This document shows positions 51,830 to 64,000 of a stretch of DNA of 64,000 bases, piece after piece. Below the pieces are notes generated by a model. It ran no database searches and was not told the origin of the DNA. It saw only the letters and a program-made list of their open reading frames with translations. Position 1 is the first letter of the stretch. Each line of letters starts with the position of its first letter. Source of the stretch: Octopus sinensis (Eukaryota); NCBI RefSeq assembly GCF_006345805.1, contig NC_042997.1, positions 212,784,001 through 212,848,000 of the forward strand. Reading direction: 5' to 3'. Made by a program: the position numbers and the translations under genes.

Positions 51830-51890
51830 GAAATATTAAAATAACTAAGTCTCTCTAAAAGAGAACAGCGGCAGCGTTCCCGGAAAATAA

Positions 51891-52147
51891 TAGTTATCGC
51901 CATACTAATATGGCATTCTTATAAAAATAAGAAAAAAGCTGTCCGCTTATTAGCTCCATGAGGCCATCGCCTTAAGTTAGCTATTTGATACACAAACTGT
52001 ATCCATATGACCTCCCTTGTTCGAAGGTTATATGGATACAGTTTGTGTATCAAATAGCTAACTTAAGGCGATGGCCTCATGGAGCTAATAAGCGGACAGC
52101 TTTTTTCTTATTTTTATAAGAATGCCATATTAGTATGGCGATAACTA
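51891..52147. repeat. Near-perfect palindrome (123-bp arms, 11-nt loop) between (TA)n tracts
   Basis: 51891-52013 versus 52025-52147, one G.T mismatch. Confidence 0.97.
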
Positions 52148-52179
52148 ATATATATATATATATATATATATATTTATGT

Positions 52180-52523
52180 GGAGACGCAATGGCCCAGTGG
52201 TTAGGGCAGCGGACTCGCAGTTTCAATTCCCAGTGAGTGTTTATTGAGCGAAAACACCTAAAGCTCCACGAGGCTCCGGCAGGGGATGGTGGTGATCCCT
52301 GCTGTACTCTTTCACCACAACTTTCTCTCACTCTTACTTCCTGTTTCTGTTGTACCTGTATTTCAAAGGGCCGGCCGTCACGCTGAATATCCCCGAGAAC
52401 TACGTTAAGGGTACACATGTCTGTGGAGTGCTCAGCCACTTACACGTTAATTTCACGAGCAGGCTGTTCCGTTGATTCGGATCAATCGGAACCCTCGTCA
52501 TCGTAACCGACGGAGTGCTTCCA
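52180..52523 (+). mobile_element. SINE family C
   Basis: GGAGACGCAATGGCCCAGTGGTTAGGGCAGCGGACTCGC head. Confidence 0.85.
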
Positions 52524-52542
52524 ATCCACATATTTATATATA

Positions 52543-52604
<62 letters not shown>

Positions 52605-52752
52605 CAAACCCATATCAGTATTTAACTCATGCCAGCATGGAGAATGGATGATGATGATGATGGTGGTGGTGATGGTGGTGGTGGTGGTGGTGGTGGTAGT
52701 AGTGGTGATGGTTAGGATGATGATGATGATGATGGGGATGATGATTCCCTCT

Positions 52753-53022
52753 CTGGCCTAGTGGTTAAGGTGTTGCACTCTCAACAGCTAGATCATGGGT
52801 TCAATTCCCCAGAGTGGGTGGTGCATTGCATTCTTGGGCAACATACTTCATTCAACTTTGCCACTGTCCCAGCTGTAAACAGGTAACCCTGCCATAAAAT
52901 AGTCTTCGGATCAGGAGGGAATGTTGGCCGGTTCGCCTGTGGGATGGCATCATTCAAAAGCTAAAACAATGCAAAGTGCATTGTGGCCAGTGATGTATAA
53001 CAACATCGAATAGTCATGTGAT
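52753..53022 (+). mobile_element. Degenerate tRNA/CORE-like SINE
   Basis: A box TGGCCTAGTGG, B box GGGTTCAATTCCC and ttcttgggcaa. Confidence 0.7.
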
Positions 53023-53255
53023 GTAGATATTATCATTATTACTTAAAACAGTTTGATTTGGCCTCATGTGGCTCCATGTTTCATAGGTGCCTTACAGAAA
53101 CCTACCATGTTAGGTTCAGTTAACCAAATGAAGAAATGCAGAAAGTCCAAGATGCTGACTGGAAACTGAGCTGCTATTGGACAAGGAAGGTGACACAGTG
53201 TTTTGATAGAAGTGAGATCAGCATTCCAGTGAGACCAGATGCATTAAAAAGCAGA

Positions 53256-53326
<71 letters not shown>

Positions 53327-53334
53327 TGTATACA

Positions 53335-54176
53335 CAAGGTGCGATGAGTAAATTGTCCCCATTCTATATTTTTAATTTCATGCATCATTTATTTTTTTGA
53401 TTTTGTCAACTACACAGTATAGTAGGGTCAGTTGGGCACCATCTGTGAGAAAAACAGCACCATGACACAATTCACTGCACCAGAAATTTGGAAATGACAT
53501 ACTGTACTACTTGTCATTGATGCTGGAAGCTCCAATACGAACATTTCAGAGTGTTTGGATGTCAATCTGAGGACATGCACCGAGAGTGATAAAAATCAAA
53601 TGTCCAGTCGACATCATGGTGCTTGGAGTGATCTCTAGTGATGGCATCATTATGCCTCCATTCATCTTCCCACATGGCCTCAGGCACAACATGGAAGCCT
53701 ACATTACGTGTCTTGAAGAGGTAGTGCTGCCCTGGGTCAAGAGTGTGCAGGACTCTGCACCATGTCACCCAAGCAGGAGAACCCAGTCATGGCTGTCAGA
53801 CAATTTCTGCGACCACACCACCCCTAATATCTAGCCACCTAACTCCCCAGACTGCCATCCCCTTGATTATTATGTGTGTAGTGCAGCTGAGTGAGAGACC
53901 AACAAAACTCCTTGTAACACCAAAGATGAACTGAAGGCAAGGATTATGGCAGTATTCACCAACTTAAACAAGGAGACTGTCCAGAAGAGTTGCAGGAGAT
54001 TCGGAAGTCACCTGGAGGCTGCGGTTGAAGCCAGTGGTGATTTTATTGAAAACATTTACTTTTTAGCATTTCAAGATAGTTTTATGTAATTTTGGTAAAT
54101 ATATCTGTTAAAATGAGATGTCAGTGTTGTTTCCATTTTTGCGTAATTTAGACAAAAGTTTATTCACCACACCCTG
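53335..54176 (+). mobile_element. Internally deleted DD37D (maT) transposon with TIRs
   Basis: QDSAPCH to PPNSPDCHPLDY has 37 residues between the two Asp. Ends CAAGGTGCGATGAGTAAA and TTTATTCACCACACCCTG|TA. Confidence 0.87.
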
Positions 54177-54197
54177 TAGTTATATATATATATATAT

Positions 54198-54312
54198 AAT
54201 CAAAATAAGCAATAAGTATATCCAAGGTAGAGTAGTACAATTGTTTCATGCTACTTCATTTTATTAAACACTATTACATCAGTTTTAAAATGTTGAGCAA
54301 TCTTCAGTCACT
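54198..54312 (-). ncRNA. Solo copy of the 20005-20286 hammerhead-bearing unit
   Basis: Minus strand: gtga CTGAAGA ttgctc...agcat GAAAC aatt GTA ctac; abuts (TA)n. Confidence 0.65.
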
Positions 54313-54837
54313 TATTGCAAAAAATTCTGTATATCTAGAGAAATTACTTGGTTCATCTTGATTACCTCCCTTCCATTACTTTTTAATATATCATATTGAC
54401 TCCTGATATATATATAAATATATATATAAGAGGGTAGTGTAGTTTGCTGGAAGCATTGTGAATTGTTTGTGAAATGTAATTTGTCTTGAATGGCACAACA
54501 GTGCACAGTGGACTATAATAACTGTTAGAAATAATTGAATTCTTCATAGTCTAATATAGTATTTCGAAATATATAAAATTCCTTCTTCAGATGTTGCTAG
54601 GAATTAATGGAGTCACTGTTATTATCGGTTTTCCAACAGTTACGGAAATTTGTCTGAAGTGTCTCTGCAGCAGTCTCACGAAGATCCTTCTGGAATTCCT
54701 CATGAGAAGTGCATGAGGGTGGTCACATCTCGAGCTCGTGTGTATTGGAAGTGCTGCTTCTAAGTTATCTATTATATGTGCATATTTTTTTTTTACATGA
54801 GAATGTTACCATTGTGTGTGCAGGGTGTTGGTGCATC

Positions 54838-54985
54838 GCGGGCATGGCTGTGTGGTTCGGGAGCTTGCTTCCTAGCTACATGGTTTCGGGTTCAGTCCCA
54901 CTGCGTGGCACTTTGGGTAGGTGTCTTCCACTATAGCCCCGAGCCGACCTGAGCTTTGTGATTGAATTCGGTAGGTGGAAGTTAC
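54838..54985 (+). mobile_element. Degenerate SINE family A head
   Basis: ggcatggctgtgtggttcgggagcttgc..gggttcagtcccactgcgtggcac. Confidence 0.75.
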
Positions 54986-55049
54986 TGCCATGTGTGTATG
55001 TGTGCGTATAGCTGCTCAGTGCCTCTCCGAAAGAGAGAGAGAGAGTGAT

Positions 55050-56800
55050 TGCTAATTTCCAACCTGTTGTTAATTTGGGGCCTTAGTCTGTCTATGAGGA
55101 TAGCCTCCTTAATTCTTGAATTTCCTAAATTTCTGTCATTGGCCTCAGCTGTGACTGTTATGTTTTTTGTCGGTGTTCTGGCATTTGTCTAGATGTTTTC
55201 TGAAGGAGGAAGCTCTCATGTTCAGATGTTCTTTGATGCAAACGTGTAACAGTCTTGTTGTGCTACACACTTAGGAATTGTTGCATTTGTTACATTGGAT
55301 CCTATACTCAACATTTACTCGTTGCCATAAATCTGAGTCACGGATGGGGTGGTTAGCTAATAAGCATTGATTGCTGTCCCTTGCTCGTTTCTTTGCAAGG
55401 TGTCTTCTCAGAGAGGGCCCAGAGTGGGATAGTTGTATGTCTAATCCTTCTGTTCTTATGGCTGTAGTTATCCTTCTCCTAAAATGTGTTGCTGGATTTT
55501 TTGTGCGTTTGGCGTGTTTGTTATCTCAGGTACTCAGCTGATTTACAATGGATATAGGGTACCCGTTGGTTTTCAATACTTCTCGGAAGCATGTGGTGTG
55601 GGTCACCTTATCCTCTGTCTTGTTGCACTTGCTCTGGATGCAGGTAAGTTCATTTCTGGCATATCCTGTTTTGGCACCGAGTGGAAGGGCTCAATTGTAG
55701 TGAACAGACATATCTCTAATGGCTGCTTTCCTGTAGAACTCAGTGTGGGTCTCTCTTTCTTCCATTTTTGTTTCAGTTGGAAGCTGAGCAGCGATAGGGA
55801 CCCAGGGTTGTTGGGATGTTCTATAGCGAACCGTATATTCATGTCCATGTTGTTAAACAGTGTGAATATTCTGTCTGCCCCTTCACATCTATGTACATGG
55901 TGAAGAAGGCACATGAGTGGCAGATGTTGAGTACTTGACTTTCCAGATGGTTCATATAAGTGATGGCCAGTAGGCCAGTAGGCCCAAGAGACTGGATCGC
56001 ATGGGGAGACCTGTTGATTGTTTGTATGTGTGATCATGGAAAGAGAAGTAGGTGTTGTCCACGATGATGGACAATAGTCAATGTATATCAGCTGCAGTGA
56101 GTCTGAAGCAGTGGATGTCGGACACTGCCGAGTGTGCTGGTACTGTTGTGTAAACCGAGACAGCATCAAGACTAAAGGCATATCTGTTTTGTATGATGCC
56201 AGCCTCGCTTGGCACCAGTGCAGGTGGCACGTAAAAAGCACCCACTACACTCACGGAGTGGTTGGCATTAGGAAGGGCATCCAGCTGTAGAAACATTGCC
56301 AGATAAGACCGGAGCCTGGTGCAGCCTTCTGGCTTCCCAGATCCCCGGTCGAACTGTCCAACCCATGCCAGCATGGAGAACGGACGTTAAACGATGATGA
56401 TGATGATGGACTGAGGGCAGTTGGTGCAGTCTTTATATATACAGAGATTGTTAAAAGGAGGAGCAAAGGCAGTTCATTCACTGCTACATGTGCTTGCATA
56501 GCGACCCATTCATCCGATTGATGTGTTAGTGGCACTGTCTGAGTGCCAAGTGCCATGCAGTAAATGGGTTGGTACAGAAACCTGTCGAGTTCAGAATGAA
56601 CAACCCTTGTTCCATCCTTCTAATTTTATTGAATTGAAAATATACTACAAGTAACTTACAACATTTCTGGAATTGGAGTCATGAAGGACCTGGTTTCTCT
56701 TCCTATTTATTTCAATTTTGGAACTGAAATTTGGAATATTATTAAGAGTGTTGCTGGAAAGTCCTTCATCAGCCAGTCACATGTTGGAAGTTACTGGGAT
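55050..56800 (-). pseudogene. Degenerate Penelope-like element (RT plus GIY-YIG) of a different subtype, interrupted by an RTE tail at 56195-56408
   Basis: GLPMRSSL, FNNMDMNIRFAIEHPNNPGSLSLL and NVEYRIQCNKCNNS*V.STTRLL...IKEH. Confidence 0.75.
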
Positions 56801-56954
56801 AATGATCATGGTCACTGCAATCCCAACCATTTAATATATGTATATATATATATATAATAAATATAAGGGTAGCAAAAAATTTCTAGAAAAAATTCTCCGC
56901 TACCAGCGGTCTAGTGAGAAAGAAAAGATGGTCAAAGACTATATAATATACATC

Positions 56955-57135
56955 CAACAATATAAGGAATGGCCCTGATAGGCCATTCGACTCACTAGAA
57001 AGAGCAGCCAAAACTCAAACTGCTAAATAGTTGTAATTCTGAAATTGGAAGAATTACAACTATTTAGCGGTTTGAGTTTTGGCTGCTCTTTCTAGTGAGT
57101 CGAATGGCCTATCAGGGCCATTTCTTATATTGTTG
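56955..57135. repeat. Near-perfect palindrome (86-bp arms, 9-nt loop) beside (TA)n
   Basis: 56955-57040 versus 57050-57135, two mismatches. Confidence 0.96.
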
Positions 57136-57151
57136 AATATATATATATATA

Positions 57152-57465
57152 TGGCTTAGTGGTTAGGGCATTCAGCTCACGATTGTAAGGTCGTGAGTTC
57201 GATTCCTGGCGACGCGTTGTATCCTTGAGCAAGACACTTAATTTCACGTTGCTCCAGTGCACTCAGCTGGCAAAAATGAGTTGTACCTGTATTTCAAAGG
57301 GCCAGCCATGTCACACTTTGTGTCACGCTGAATCTCCCTGAGAACTACGTTAGGGGTACACGTGTCTGTGAATTGCTCAGCCACTTGCACATTAATTTCA
57401 TGAGCAGGCTGTTCCGTTGATTGTATCAGCTGGGACCCTCGTTATCGTAACCGACAGAGTGCTCC
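57152..57465 (+). mobile_element. tRNA/CORE-like SINE sharing its 3' half with family C
   Basis: TGGCTTAGTGGTTAGG A box, GAGTTCGATTCC B box and ccttgagcaagacactt. Confidence 0.85.
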
Positions 57466-57468
57466 TGC

Positions 57469-57515
<47 letters not shown>

Positions 57516-57559
57516 TGTATATTCACTGTCAACATTCTTGTTTAAGAATAGCATAAATA

Positions 57560-57820
57560 TAGAAATGAAGAAAGCTCCCAACACCTTTCAGTGAACAGCC
57601 TTGGTAGGAACAAAATGGAGATCCTTGTGTCAAAATGGTCTTAGAAACATTGTTGCAACCAGCATTAGCAGGCTTCAGGGTGCAGGGCAAAAGAGAAAAG
57701 CAGATGCAAATATACCACCTGCACTCACCTGTAATCTTCATATTTGCTGCATTTGTGGCCTTCTTTGCAAATTGTTGGAAGAATTTAAATGTCACATTCA
57801 ACATAAGCATTATGACTGAC
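57560..57820 (+). pseudogene. Degenerate LINE C-terminus with C2H2-type zinc finger
   Basis: KWRSLC...HICCICGLLCKLLEEFKCHIQHKH. Confidence 0.6.
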
Positions 57821-57878
57821 ATAAAGAGAGTACGTTGTCAGAGCCTCACATGTCGAAATTGATGTGAGAGTCCATCAT

Positions 57879-57927
<49 letters not shown>

Positions 57928-58115
57928 CACTTTTTACTTGTTTCAGCCATTTTGTCTGTGGCCATACAGGAGTAAAGCCTTTTAGTCAAAGAAATTAACC
58001 TCTGGACTTATTCTATCAGTCTCTTTTGCTGAACTGCTATGTTACAGGGATGTAAACACCAAAATTGGTTGTCAAGCGATGGTGGAGGGACACACAGAGA
58101 CACAAACTCACAAAT

Positions 58116-58147
<32 letters not shown>

Positions 58148-58310
58148 GACTGGCTTCTTTCAGTTTCTGTCTACCAAATCTACTCACAAGTCTTTGGTTG
58201 GCCCGAAGCTATAGTACAAGACACTTGGCCAAGGTGCCATACAGTGGAACTGAACCCAGAACCATGTGGCTGGGAAGCAAACTTCTTACCATGCAGCCAT
58301 GCCTGTGCCT
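57928..58310 (-). mobile_element. Diverged SINE family A
   Basis: Reverse complement of the family A head and tail. Confidence 0.85.
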
Positions 58311-58505
58311 ATATATAGTTTGAATTTACAGAAAGCAAAAGACAAAGACAGGTGAAGACACAATAAGCAGGTGTTTTAGTTTGATGCTTGGGAAGAATGG
58401 AGAAGTCTTGACACACTTTGACAGAAATGACTGAGAGGAGAAAAAGGAGAGAGAACGAATAAGAAACAGAGAAATAATGTGTAGGGTTAATGATTCAATT
58501 TGATG

Positions 58506-58574
<69 letters not shown>

Positions 58575-58599
58575 TATATATATTATATACATATATTAT

Positions 58600-58632
<33 letters not shown>

Positions 58633-58639
58633 AAATATT

Positions 58640-61115
58640 ATTCGAGACAAAACCACTATTTTGCAAAACAAACAAGGAAGACTTAATCAATACATAAAAT
58701 TTTAATAAATAGTCAAAAAAACGCCACTACAATCGTTTCTTGTCTTGATCGACAATCTTCAGGTGGACTCCAATCTAAAAAATCAATATTTTAAAATATA
58801 AAAATAATAATTTTAAAATAATTAAAGTATGAATGAAAAAATATAAGTATATAATCCATATATAACCTATCTATAATCCATATAAACAATATATCAATAT
58901 ATAACCTAAAAAAAACCTATCAACAATTAAATATAAAATATAAAATATAAAATATAAATAAAATATAAACAAACAAAAAAAATAATAATAATATAATAAT
59001 AAACTATATATAACACCCATACGCATATACCTAATTATATATAACCATATCTAACTACATATACTAAATCACACACCTATATATATCCCTATACATACAC
59101 ATAAAATTCTAGGCAACTATAATAAATAAAATAGCTAAATACTTCAACACAATACTTATTCATACTCCCACACACACACACATACAACCCACATTCACGC
59201 TCTAGAAAACGGACATCACTCAAAACTATGAACGAGAAATGGAATAAATGGAATTAAAAATTATATACACTTGGTAAAACGACACTACTTAAAATTATGA
59301 ATGAAACATGCAATAAAACAACAGACATCGCAAATAGACACAAATTACTACAAATTCCTTATCAAACCTACCATGATAACCAAAACTTTTTTTTTTTTTT
59401 TTTTTTTAAAGAATTCTTATGTTGTGCGATTCTTAGTTTTATTTTTGAGGAGTAGAACCTATATAAACCGCTTTTTTGTAATTATTATTCTTAAAGTTAA
59501 TTATCATGTAATGTGTAACTTACATTTATACACTACATCGTAATATCACAATTATTATTTAATATACAATTAGATTTATCTCTACATGTACATTAATATA
59601 AGTCTTATCATTATTAATATTATTATCAAATAATTTCTTTTTATAAAATATTCAGTTTATATTTATTAAATGAAGAAATAATGTTCCAACATTATTAGTG
59701 GTAGAGTAACCAACTCCAAAATTATTAAAAGAGAAATGTTTCTATATTTACGATTATCTCTAATAAATAGTTCTATAACATCTAAAATCTCTTTAATAAT
59801 ATTCGTTTTTACTTGATCTCCATAAGGAACTATTAACCAAATTTTATTCTTATTAACCTTATTATTATTATCTTATTATAAATATATTTATAATTCTTTA
59901 TTTATTAAAATTATTATCAGAATTATATCTATGTACATCATTTAAGGAATTATTATATTATTAAATTTATCAATATAATTATTATAATAATTATTAAATT
60001 TATTTTTATTTATATTATTCTTATTTATATTATTATTATTATATTTTTATTATTATTATTATTCTTATTTTATATTTTTATCATTTTTATTATGTTTTTT
60101 TAAATATCTATTATTTTTACCACTAAACCTAACAAAACTATAATTATTATTAGAAGTATCTCGAAAATTAACAATTAAATCTTTACTCACTAATATTATA
60201 AAATTTAATATTCCTATTATAACCTGCCCTCTAAGGGCCTCACATTATAATAATTAGCATGTTTATTAAAAATCTCTATATCATAAGAGAGTAATGAATA
60301 CGTTTACTTATATTATTAATCAACGTTTTTTTAATAGAAAATGGGTGATTACTATTAACATTTATATATCTAAGGTTTCTCATTAAGTTTATGATATGGT
60401 TGTGTTTTACCTGTAATAAGATTAAAATTAACATCTAATAATTAACATTATAATTCTCCTTATATATAGTAATACTTAAACCATATCTTTTAAAGAAACT
60501 ATATAGTTTTTTCTTATATACTTCTAGATTCCTATTAGTACAATTCTTTGTAACTAGTAGAAGATCGTCTCTATATAAACCACCCTCTATCTTAAGATTT
60601 TCTAATTGGAGTTCAGATAAAAGAAAATACCTACTAAATCAGTAGCCTGTGCAGAATCTGGTGCTCCCATAGGTATATAAAAACAATCTCTAGTATCATT
60701 CCTAGCCCATAATTTATTTTTATATTTAATTAGCGATTTCCTAGCCATTTTAATTACATTAACTTCTTCACGTGACATACCCCGCTTTATTCATGCGAAA
60801 ATAAGCGCTTTATTAAACACAATTTCATAATAGAAGAATAATAATTATCAATATCTATTTGAATAAATTTATAACGATTTTTTCTTTAATATTATTAAAA
60901 CCATTTCAATGTATTATTATTACAAACCATAATTTTAATAATTAAGTTATTTAACTTACAATATATTTATCTAAAATAAATTTACTTAATTTACCTAGAT
61001 CCGATTTACATGGGCAAATTAATCTAACTTTAGGTCTGAATAAAAAATTATCTTTATGGTCTTTAAGAGTAATTCAGGGGTGCAAAGGTACATAAGGTTC
61101 AGTTTTTATTATCCA
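58640..61115 (-). mobile_element. 5'-truncated inverted copy of the Naiad-like PLE, including a hammerhead-bearing 3' end
   Basis: 59405-61115 is the reverse complement of about 61698-63400; hammerhead at 58724-58766; ends at (TA)n. Confidence 0.85.
58724..58766 (-). ncRNA. Minimal type I hammerhead ribozyme
   Basis: Minus strand: ccac CTGAAGA ttgtc gatcaa gacaa GAAAC gatt GTA gtgg; stems I and II pair fully. Confidence 0.85.
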
Positions 61116-61189
61116 TTTATATAATATTGATAATTTTGTATATTGAGTGTAATACCTCAATTTCGTAAATTATGGATTTTACAGGTAAT

Positions 61190-63650
61190 AGAACCGCTGT
61201 TTTGGGATTCATCTTTGAAAGATATTCCTATTCCTTCTAGAAAGGAATTTATTTTGAAACTTGTTAATAATGTTAAAGATTTTATTTCTCTAAATTAATG
61301 GAAAGCTTTTTACTATAATTTTTATTATTTAATGATATTGATAGTAGGAATGATAATTTTACCTCTAAATTTAAATCTAGAAAGGAACCTCCATTTAATA
61401 AAGAATTACAATTACTTGAAGATAGTATATGGAAGGTGGTAAAAAATATTGAATTCCATAAATACCCAAATAGAAATAATGAATATTTAAGGAATTTAGC
61501 AATTAAAATTAAAGATATGAGAAATATGGATGGTATTATAGTACAATCTGATAAAACAAGGAACTTATATAAATTAGATGTTAAATTATATGATAACTAT
61601 TAGGGAAAGAAATAATTAAAAAATATAAAATTGTTCCAGATGATATTCTTTATAATATTAATAAGGCCTCTAAAGTAGTAATGTTAAAATATGAGTTGGA
61701 TAATAACTGAACCTTATGTACCTTGCACCCCAGAATTACTCTTAAGACCATAAAGATAATTTTTATTCAGACCCTAAAGTTAGATTAATTTGCCCATGTA
61801 AATCGGATCTAGGTAAATTAAGTAAATTTATTTTAGATAAATATATTGATAAGTTAAATAAACTTAATTATTTTAAAATTATGGTTTAGTAATAATAATA
61901 CATTGAAATGGTTTAATAATATTAAAGATAAAAAATCGTTATAAATTTATTCAAATAGATATTGATAATTATTATTCTTCTATTAATGAAATTGTGTTAA
62001 TAAAGCGCTTATTTTCGCAATGAATAAAGCGGGTATGTCACGTGAAGAAGTTAATGTAATTAAAATGGCTAGGAAATCGCTAATTAAATATAAAAAATAA
62101 ATTATGGGCTAGGAATGATACTAGAGATTGTTTTGATATACCTATGGGAGCACCAGATTCTGCACAGGCTACTGATTTAGTAGGTATTTTTCTTTTATCT
62201 GAACTCCAATTAGAAAATCTTAAATAGAGGGTGGTTTATATAGAGACGATCTTCTCTAGTTACAAAGAATTGTACTAATAGGAATCTAGAAGTATATAAG
62301 AAAAACTATATAGTTTCTTTAAAAGATATGGTTTAAGTATTACTATATATAAGGAGAATTATAATGTTATTATTTAGATGTTAATTTTAATCTTATTACA
62401 GGTAAAACACAACCATATCATAAACTTAATGAGAACCTTAGATATATAAATGTTAATAGTAATCACCCATTTTCTATTAAAAATCGTTGATTAATAATAT
62501 AAGTAAACGTTTTCATTACTCTCTTATGATATAGAGATTTTTAATAACATGCTAATTATTATAATGAGGCCCTTAGAGGGGCAGGTTATAATAGGAATAT
62601 TAAATTTTATAATATTAGTGATAAAGATTTAATTGTTAATTTTCGAGATACTTCTAATAATAATTATAGTTTTGTTAGGTTTAGTGGTAAAAATAATAGA
62701 TATTTTAAAAAAAATAATAAAAATGATAAAAATATAAATAAGAAAATAATAAAATAAATAATAAATAAATAATAATATATAATAAGAATAATATAAATAA
62801 AAATAAATTTAATAATTATTATAATAATATATTGATAAATTTAATAATATTAATAATTCCTTAAATGCTGTACATAGATATAATTCTGATAATAATTTTA
62901 AATAAAAAGAATTATAAATATATTTATAATATGATAATAATAATAAGTTAATAAGAATAAAATTTGGTTAATAGTTCCTTATGGAGATCAAGTAAAAACG
63001 AATATTATTAAAGAGATTTTAGATGTTATAGAACTATTTATTAGAGATAATCGTAAATATAGAAACATTTTCTCTTTTAATAATTTTGGAGTTGGTTACT
63101 CTACCACTAATAATGTTGGTAACATTATTTCTTCATTTAATAAATATAAACTGAATAATTTTTATAAAAAGAAATTATTTGATAATAATATTATAATGAT
63201 AAGACTTATATTAATGTACATGTAGAGATAAATCTAATTGTATATTAAATAATAATTGTGATATTAACGATGTAGTGTATAAATGTATAGTTACATTACA
63301 TGATAATAACTTTAAGAATAATAATTACAAAAAAGCGGTTATATAGGTTCTACTTCCTCAAAAATAAACTAAGAATCGCACAACATATGAATTCTTTTAA
63401 AAATAAAAACTTAATCAACTCAACCGGACTTAGTAAGTACATTTGGAGTCTTAAATCACTAAATATTAATTATAGTTTAATTTGGGAAATAATTTGTAAA
63501 ACTAAATCATATACTATAGGAGCTAATTGTTGTTATTTATGCTCTAATGAGTTTAAAGAAATTTATTTTATAAGTATGATAATTTACTTAATACTGGCGA
63601 GGAGCGCAAAATAAAATGCAGACATAAGTTACTTTACCTATATAATAAGT
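61190..63650 (+). mobile_element. Near full-length Penelope-like retroelement (Naiad-like), RT plus GIY-YIG, with 1-nt frameshifts
   Basis: SLKDIPIPS, QSDKTRNLY, RLICPCKSDLGK, DIDNYYSSI, PMGAPDSAQATDLVGIFLL, GGLYRDD, NCTCRDKSNC, VVYKC..YIGST and STGLSKYIWSLK..W..CYLC. Confidence 0.9.
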
Positions 63651-64000
63651 TTCATGATAAATAGCAATAAATAGTTCCCTTTTAGGTTACTTTAGTTTAG
63701 TTTAAATTAGTTTAGATAATATATTTTTGTTATTTGTCTAGGCTTTATTATAGTTAGTCTTTATTTATATTTCTTTGTTTTAAATTAGTTCATTTTTAAT
63801 GTATATATTTTGGAGGATATATTTATATGTTTATGGGTGTTATTTAGTGGTGTTTTTATTGAGTTTTGTATGTATGTGTGAATGTTTAAGATCCCTTTGT
63901 TTTTTGTTTTTTATTTGGTATGTTGAATTGACAGATTTTATTGGGTATTGTCTGTTATAATAAAGTACACACACCCATAACAAATATAGGTACCCACTTC

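Noticed and set aside
54550-54595. Further hammerhead on the minus strand (CTGAAGA-aggaat..atttc-GAAAT)
   Set aside because: Stem I does not pair; at best a decayed remnant.
56866-56935. HDV-like ribozyme on the minus strand (tct-TTCTCACT-aga-ccgct-gg)
   Set aside because: P1 is only 5-6 bp, and no J4/2 CNAA or P2 3' strand could be found.
63200-63620. Selenocysteine-encoding Naiad element
   Set aside because: The Cys positions I could read in the zinc-binding and endonuclease motifs are ordinary Cys codons; I saw no in-frame TGA at those sites.
59400-64000. Mitochondrial insertion suggested by extreme AT content
   Set aside because: Translation gives PLE RT and GIY-YIG motifs, not mitochondrial proteins.

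Overview
AT-rich, repeat-saturated eukaryotic DNA, most consistent with a coleoid cephalopod such as Octopus (inferred from the SINE/LINE repertoire and microsatellite density). I found no recognisable host protein-coding gene; nearly all listed ORFs are microsatellite read-throughs or transposon debris. The window holds: three tRNA-derived SINE families; an RTE-clade LINE family with about 18 3' fragments; R4/Dong-, CR1/L2- and RTE-type RT relics; three DD37D (maT) Tc1/mariner relics; non-autonomous Helitrons, one carrying a LINE ORF1-like fragment; and several Penelope-like elements (PLEs), mostly Naiad-like. The main pattern is a series of fold-back palindromes, with arms from 86 bp to about 1.7 kb, sitting in or beside (TA)n tracts. 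Three of them face outward and carry minimal hammerhead ribozyme cores (CUGANGA...GAAAC-NNNN-GUH), some with a greatly expanded stem/loop II. The largest is a near full-length PLE fused to an inverted truncated copy of itself. A second notable signal is a variable-number array of ~60-nt hairpin plus H-type pseudoknot units in the RTE LINE 3' UTR. All structures were read by eye; no folding or database search was run.
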